DNA of 64,000 nucleotides. Origin: Desulfatiglandales bacterium. Lineage in GTDB: Bacteria; Desulfobacterota; DSM-4660; Desulfatiglandales; HGW-15. Below, one piece after another: positions 59,019 through 64,000 of this stretch. Within the stretch, counting starts at the first letter, position 1. Every line of letters starts with the position of its first letter. Position numbers and translations under genes: made by a program. Below the pieces are notes generated by a model. That model had not been told where the DNA came from. It saw only the letters and a program-made list of their open reading frames with translations, and did not search any database. The stretch covers positions 2,592,001 to 2,656,000 of the forward strand of contig CAXXJJ010000004.1 of NCBI GenBank assembly GCA_963667015.2. The letters are read 5' to 3'.

Positions 59019-59437
59019 ACGCTATTCTCCTATTATTTAATGAAATTTTCTGACTGACCGGTTATTTTGCATTTTCTGTTCCATTTATAATTTGCTCTGA
59101 AAAATTTTTTTTATATCTATATATTTTTATGGATTCCTGTTGAAAAGAGATCATATACAAAGGGCCAACAATGTGACAACCTGTTGATTCTTCTTTTTAT
59201 TTTGGCTTCTTATCAAGTAGAAAACTCAGAACAATATACAGGTCAAAACTGAGGATATCTAATCCTTACTTGCTACTTACAATGGGAGAAAAGCGTATCT
59301 TTTATTATCACAAATATATAATTGTCTAGATTAATGCACTTAAAGGTTATTAAAAATATTACACTGTTTGGTAAAAAATCTAATACAATGGATATTGTCA
59401 TTATATTATCTATTGAAAAAACCCTGAGCAGGATAGA

Positions 59438-59465
59438 TTGACTCTATGTCAATAGTCTATATAAT
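59438..59465 (+). promoter_or_regulatory. Putative sigma70 promoter overlapped by a TTGAC-N5-GTCAA palindrome
   Basis: TTGACT-N16-TATAAT. Confidence 0.55.
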
Positions 59466-59547
59466 CATGACACAGGATGCAGAACCCAGGGCAAAGAAGA
59501 ATACCTGATAAACATCAATCCTTTCATGACATGGCAGGAGTATAAAT

Positions 59548-60828
59548 ATGAGAATTGTACTGACAATTGTAATAGTTACTATCTTGCTTATTTCTACTCA
59601 AATCAGCGCAGCGGACTGGCCTCAATATCTTGGCCCTGACAGAAATTCGGTATCCGTTGAGAAAGGACTGCTGCGATCCTGGCCGGAGAGCGGACCGGAG
59701 GTTTTGTGGACAGTTCCCCTTGGAGAGGGGTTTGGCGGGCCGGCTGTAAGCAAAGGTAAGGTATATGTCTATGACAGGGTTGACGACAGGGCGAATGTGC
59801 TGCGCTGTCTGGACCTTTTGACCGGAAAGGAAGAATGGACATTCAGTTATGAGGCTCCGGGATCAGTAAGCTATGACGGCTCCCGATCAGTTCCAGCGAT
59901 AGACGGCAGCAGGGTTTATGTGTGTGATGTATTCGGCAACTTTCACTGCATTGATACAAAAACCCGTAAGGCCCTCTGGAAAAAAAATATCTGGACCGAT
60001 TTCAGTAAAAAAGAAATACCAAAGTGGGCAATTGCCCAGAATCCGCTTGTTTATAAAGATATGGTCATCATTGCCTCTCAGACAGAGGAGGCAGGTCTTG
60101 TGGCCTATGACAAGGTAAGTGGAAATGTTATCTGGAAGACATCCGGCCTTCCGGGTGATGCAGGATATGTTTCGCCGGCGATAGTAAAGATCAATGATGA
60201 AGATCACCTGGTAATGATATCGGCAAGCCGATCTGAGGGATCTGAGGGAGCTGTCTGCGGATTCAATCCGGAAGATGGAAATCTTTTGTGGTCTTACATA
60301 TGGAAATGCAAAACCCCTATTCCAAACGTAACCGAGATCGGCAACAACCGGCTTTTTGTCACGGGCGGCTACAGGGCAGGTGGCGCTCTTATTCAGATTG
60401 ATAAAAAAGGGAAATACTACGCTGCAAAGGAAATAATGTTTTCAAAGGAATTCGGCACCCATGTTCATCCTGCTCTTTTTTATAAAGGATACCTGTACAG
60501 CCAGTGCACAAACAATCAGGTAAGAGAAGGCTTTATGTGTATGGACCTTGAGGGCAATATCAAATGGAAGACAGGAAAAAATCCTAATTTTGACAAGGGC
60601 GGATACATACTTGCAGATGATATGATTATAAGCAGTGATGGTGAAAAGATGTTATACCTTATAGAGCCGACCCCGGAGGAATTCAGGGTGCTGGCAAAGG
60701 CCGAGCTGCTGGAGACAAAACAGGCATGGGCACCCCTGGCATTGAGCGACGGGAAACTGCTGATAAGAGATCAGAAACAGATGAAGTGCGTTGTTGTTAA
60801 AGGGGCCAGGGAGTCGAGGATTCAATAA
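59548..60828 (+). CDS. Secreted PQQ-like beta-propeller protein, close paralog of 56937-58199
   Basis: Long near-identical stretches shared with the 56937 ORF. Confidence 0.88.
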   Translation: MRIVLTIVIVTILLISTQISAADWPQYLGPDRNSVSVEKGLLRSWPESGPEVLWTVPLGEGFGGPAVSKGKVYVYDRVDDRANVLRCLDLLTGKEEWTFSYEAPGSVSYDGSRSVPAIDGSRVYVCDVFGNFHCIDTKTRKALWKKNIWTDFSKKEIPKWAIAQNPLVYKDMVIIASQTEEAGLVAYDKVSGNVIWKTSGLPGDAGYVSPAIVKINDEDHLVMISASRSEGSEGAVCGFNPEDGNLLWSYIWKCKTPIPNVTEIGNNRLFVTGGYRAGGALIQIDKKGKYYAAKEIMFSKEFGTHVHPALFYKGYLYSQCTNNQVREGFMCMDLEGNIKWKTGKNPNFDKGGYILADDMIISSDGEKMLYLIEPTPEEFRVLAKAELLETKQAWAPLALSDGKLLIRDQKQMKCVVVKGARESRIQ

Positions 60829-60944
60829 AAGGCTTCCGGTGCTTGCAGGAAAAAGCACTGGGCAAAGAGCATAGGGCGATCTCAGGACCGATTTTTATAC
60901 TTTCTCCATGCGCTATTGCTCTATGCGCCATACTAATTTGAAAA

Positions 60945-62285
60945 TCATTCAGCAATACAATAGAGACTTTTAAACCCTCTTAAATATAAATTTTTACCGA
61001 TAACCGCCGGGGATGCATCAAAGTTGTCATCAAGCTGATTTTTAGAAGCAACACTTAACTCTGCCCCATCCTTGAGCACATAGCACATCCCGTTTCGGCC
61101 CATGACATAAACAAAGCCGTTAACTCCCACGGGCGATGCATAGACGCCCTTCATTCCGTCAAGCTTTTCTGCTTCATAGAATATTTTTCCGGTTTTGGCA
61201 TCCGCACAGCTCAGTCTTTCATCGTTTCCACGGAGATAATATAATCTGTTATTATAGAGGAGCGGAGAAGGGACATAGGGTGTATTTTTATTGTACGTCC
61301 AGACAAGGGCAGAGGAGCCTTCCAGATTCCCTCTGGCTTCCTCCAGTTTTATGGCCTGAAGGGCAGCTCCCCTGAAACCGCTGATCAGGTATACCAGAGT
61401 ACCGTCAGTTACAGGCGATGGAATCACATTATCAGTCATGCCGGATATCTCCCAGATCAGATCGCCGTTTTCCAGATCGTATGCTACTGATTTACCTGTT
61501 GCGGCTATAATCAACTGGAGTTTCCCTTTTACCGGAACAACCAGTGGCGTTGACCAGGAGGTTTTCTCATCCCGCTTCTTTTTCCAGATAATTTCACCGT
61601 TAGTTTTATTGAGCACATAAACATATGAATCTTTTTCATGATCCCAGTTTACAATAAGATAATCCTTATAGATGGCAGGGCTGCTCCCCTCTCCAAAGGA
61701 TGCCCTGATATTCATATCGCCAAGGTCCTTTTCCCAAATCAGGTTGCCTTTCAGATCAAGGCAGTAGATTCCAAATGATCCGAATGAAGCGATGAGGTAT
61801 TTTCCGTCTGTCACACAGGACTGTGAAGCCCAGCTTCCATCATTGTGCGTACCCTCGTGGGGAAACTGTTCATGAACCGCCTTCTGCCAGATAACCTTTC
61901 CGTTTTTCCGGTCAATGGAATAAACCACAAACTGCTGCAGATATTCAGGCAATTTAGGCTGCATCCACGAGGCTCCTCCCGCCTTTAATTTCTCCAGTAC
62001 TTCAGGGGGAGCCTTTTTATCAAGGGAGACTGCGGAGGTTATAAATATCTGATCTCCCCATATAACAGGTGTTGAGAGGCCCTTTCCGGGCACAGGAATT
62101 TTCCATTTCACATTTTTTGTTTCACTCCATTCAGTTGGGGGATCCCCTTTTACAACTTCACCGGTAAACAGGGGACCGCGCCAGGTGGGCCAGTTATCGT
62201 TATATTCCAAAGCATTCACCTGGCTGAACAACATGATAAATATTACATAAAACAGTATAGTTAACAGAGGCAGTTTTAATTTCAT
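60945..62285 (-). CDS. Secreted PQQ-like beta-propeller protein
   Basis: NWPTWRGP, GLSTPVIWGD, GEGSSP, SWSTP, YVPSP, ASPA. Confidence 0.88.
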   Translation of the reverse strand: MKLKLPLLTILFYVIFIMLFSQVNALEYNDNWPTWRGPLFTGEVVKGDPPTEWSETKNVKWKIPVPGKGLSTPVIWGDQIFITSAVSLDKKAPPEVLEKLKAGGASWMQPKLPEYLQQFVVYSIDRKNGKVIWQKAVHEQFPHEGTHNDGSWASQSCVTDGKYLIASFGSFGIYCLDLKGNLIWEKDLGDMNIRASFGEGSSPAIYKDYLIVNWDHEKDSYVYVLNKTNGEIIWKKKRDEKTSWSTPLVVPVKGKLQLIIAATGKSVAYDLENGDLIWEISGMTDNVIPSPVTDGTLVYLISGFRGAALQAIKLEEARGNLEGSSALVWTYNKNTPYVPSPLLYNNRLYYLRGNDERLSCADAKTGKIFYEAEKLDGMKGVYASPVGVNGFVYVMGRNGMCYVLKDGAELSVASKNQLDDNFDASPAVIGKNLYLRGFKSLYCIAE

Positions 62286-62503
62286 GAGTATGTCTCCTTT
62301 TTTATATGCCGTTTATAATATTAATAAAATTACCTGACCATGAATTTTAAATTATATATCAAAAATATATAACATAATAAATATTTTTTGGAATTTAAAT
62401 TACTCTCGAATAATATTTGTTTCCCCAAAAATCTGAAACCTGTTGAAGGACTACATCGCGTCTGTTATTGTTGGGATTAAAATATTTAAAGAGTAAGCTA
62501 TTT

Positions 62504-62887
62504 ATGATTGATAAAGGCAAATATAATATAATTGAGTATCAACTTCCGGGTGACTGGAAAGTACTGGCTGGAAAAACAGACGCGGACAATGACTATTTAA
62601 GCCTCAAGCTGGCAAACCCCAATGACTACTGGTTTCATGTGAGAGGCATGCCCGGAAGCCATGTGATTTTAAGAGAGAAGGATGGTGAAGAACCTGATAA
62701 ATCGGTACTGAAGGAGGCTGCAGCCATTGCAGCCTGGCACAGCAAGGCTAAAAACGGCGGGATTACAGCAGTATCATGTACTATGGCAAAATATGTTTCA
62801 AAACCAAGAGGAGCAAAACCCGGAACAGTTACTATAAAAAAGGAATCTGTTTTAAAGGTAAGGCCGGGGATACCTGGTCAAGAGTGA
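62504..62887 (+). CDS. Stand-alone NFACT RNA-binding (DUF814) protein
   Basis: GK...DND.L......DYWFH....PGSHV...AA..AAWHSK...V.KP.GAKPG.V. Confidence 0.85.
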   Translation: MIDKGKYNIIEYQLPGDWKVLAGKTDADNDYLSLKLANPNDYWFHVRGMPGSHVILREKDGEEPDKSVLKEAAAIAAWHSKAKNGGITAVSCTMAKYVSKPRGAKPGTVTIKKESVLKVRPGIPGQE

Positions 62888-62896
62888 TTCTTACTG

Positions 62897-63952
62897 CTAA
62901 TTCTTCTTAAAAAGTCCCTCAAATACTCCATACCCTTCTTTTTCCAGATCCTCTCTTGGGATAAACCTTAATGAGGCAGAATTTATGCAATACCTCAACC
63001 CGGTTGGCTCTGGCCCATCATCAAAAACATGACCAAGATGGGAATCGCCATATCTGCTCCTCACCTCGGTACGGGTCATAAAGAGCCTTCTATCCTTTTT
63101 TTCAACTATATTGTCATTCACCAGAGGCCTTGTAAAACTTGGCCAGCCGGTACCAGATTTATATTTGTCAGTTGAACTGAACAGGGGTTCACCTGAGACT
63201 ATGTCAACATATATACCTTCTCTCTTATTATCCCAGTATTCATTCTCAAATGCCCGCTCTGTACCTTCCTCCTGCGTTACCTTATATTGAAGAGGGGTGA
63301 GCATGGCCCTGATTTCGGAATCGTCAGGTTTGCGGTATTGGGGGGCTTCCATTGAACTTTTCATTGACTCTTTCATCTCTTTATATTTCTCATCGCCCAT
63401 ATTGTCTTCCCAGATCTTTTCCAGAAACTGATCCCTGCCTGAATTCCACCGGTAATATTTGTACCTGATCGGATTTTTTTTATAATAATCCTGGTGATAT
63501 TCCTCTGCCGGATAGAATTTTTCAAACTTTAATATCTCGGTTACTATGGGCTTGTCGAAAACACCCGATTTTTCCAGCTCTTTTTTGGATTCCTCTGCTA
63601 TCCGCTTCTGTTCTTCGTTGTGGTAGAAGATAGCACTCCTGTACTGATTTCCACGATCGACAAATGATCCGCCCGCATCTGTAGGGTCAATATGTTTCCA
63701 TAGAACATCCAGAACCTGTTTATATATTATTTTCTCGGGATCAAAAATTACCTGGACCGCCTCAAGATGACCTGTTTTTCCGCTGGATACCTCCTTATAG
63801 GTAGGGTTCTCCTTGTGACCTCCGGTATAACCTGAAATTACCTCTATTATTCCATCAACCTTTTCAAAGTCCGACTCCACACACCAGAAACATCCCCCGG
63901 CGACTGTTGCCGTTTCGGTTTTTACCATTTTTGTATCCATGGCATTCTCCAT
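62897..63952 (-). CDS. msrAB: Peptide methionine sulfoxide reductase MsrA-MsrB fusion
   Basis: [15 protein letters not shown] (MsrA); GTGWPSF, HLGHVF, RYCINS (MsrB). Confidence 0.95.
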   Translation of the reverse strand: MENAMDTKMVKTETATVAGGCFWCVESDFEKVDGIIEVISGYTGGHKENPTYKEVSSGKTGHLEAVQVIFDPEKIIYKQVLDVLWKHIDPTDAGGSFVDRGNQYRSAIFYHNEEQKRIAEESKKELEKSGVFDKPIVTEILKFEKFYPAEEYHQDYYKKNPIRYKYYRWNSGRDQFLEKIWEDNMGDEKYKEMKESMKSSMEAPQYRKPDDSEIRAMLTPLQYKVTQEEGTERAFENEYWDNKREGIYVDIVSGEPLFSSTDKYKSGTGWPSFTRPLVNDNIVEKKDRRLFMTRTEVRSRYGDSHLGHVFDDGPEPTGLRYCINSASLRFIPREDLEKEGYGVFEGLFKKN

Positions 63953-64000
63953 TGAATCAGAATTACTAAAATTAATGAAAAAAATGCTTGCAACTAACGC

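Noticed and set aside
56937..62285. PQQ-dependent dehydrogenases or true BamB
   Set aside because: Only the propeller repeat is evident; no quinoprotein catalytic motifs or bam context seen

Overview
Bacterial chromosomal window from a probable anaerobe; the gene set suggests Desulfobacterota/deltaproteobacteria, but this is inferred. There are four parts. (1) 1-11.5 kb: partial prfC; an operon with a metallophosphoesterase, a DUF4212-like subunit, a sodium:solute symporter, a TPR protein, a Cache-PAS-CBS-DUF294 nucleotidyltransferase and a DcaP-like porin; then mtnA and a yefM-yoeB toxin-antitoxin pair. (2) 11.5-28 kb: decayed mobile-type fragments, then an integron gene-cassette array with an attI-like site, about 10 attC-like sites and no intI in the window. 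The array contains a group IIC intron inserted in an attC, an ORF-less cassette and an lpxB cassette. (3) 28-53 kb: a large divergent cluster. One arm has a B12-like radical SAM enzyme, a DUF116-polyprenyl synthase, a prenyltransferase-fold protein and a squalene-hopene-cyclase-like enzyme. The other has a glycosyltransferase, an ABC exporter, several PQQ-like beta-propellers, membrane ferredoxins and a NuoEF/GltD-type, probably electron-bifurcating oxidoreductase. This cluster is the best candidate for an undescribed isoprenoid system. (4) 53-64 kb: flavoprotein, deoxyribosyltransferase, hybrid histidine kinase, three more beta-propellers, an NFACT-R protein and msrAB. All family assignments come from recognising motifs by eye; no database searches were run.
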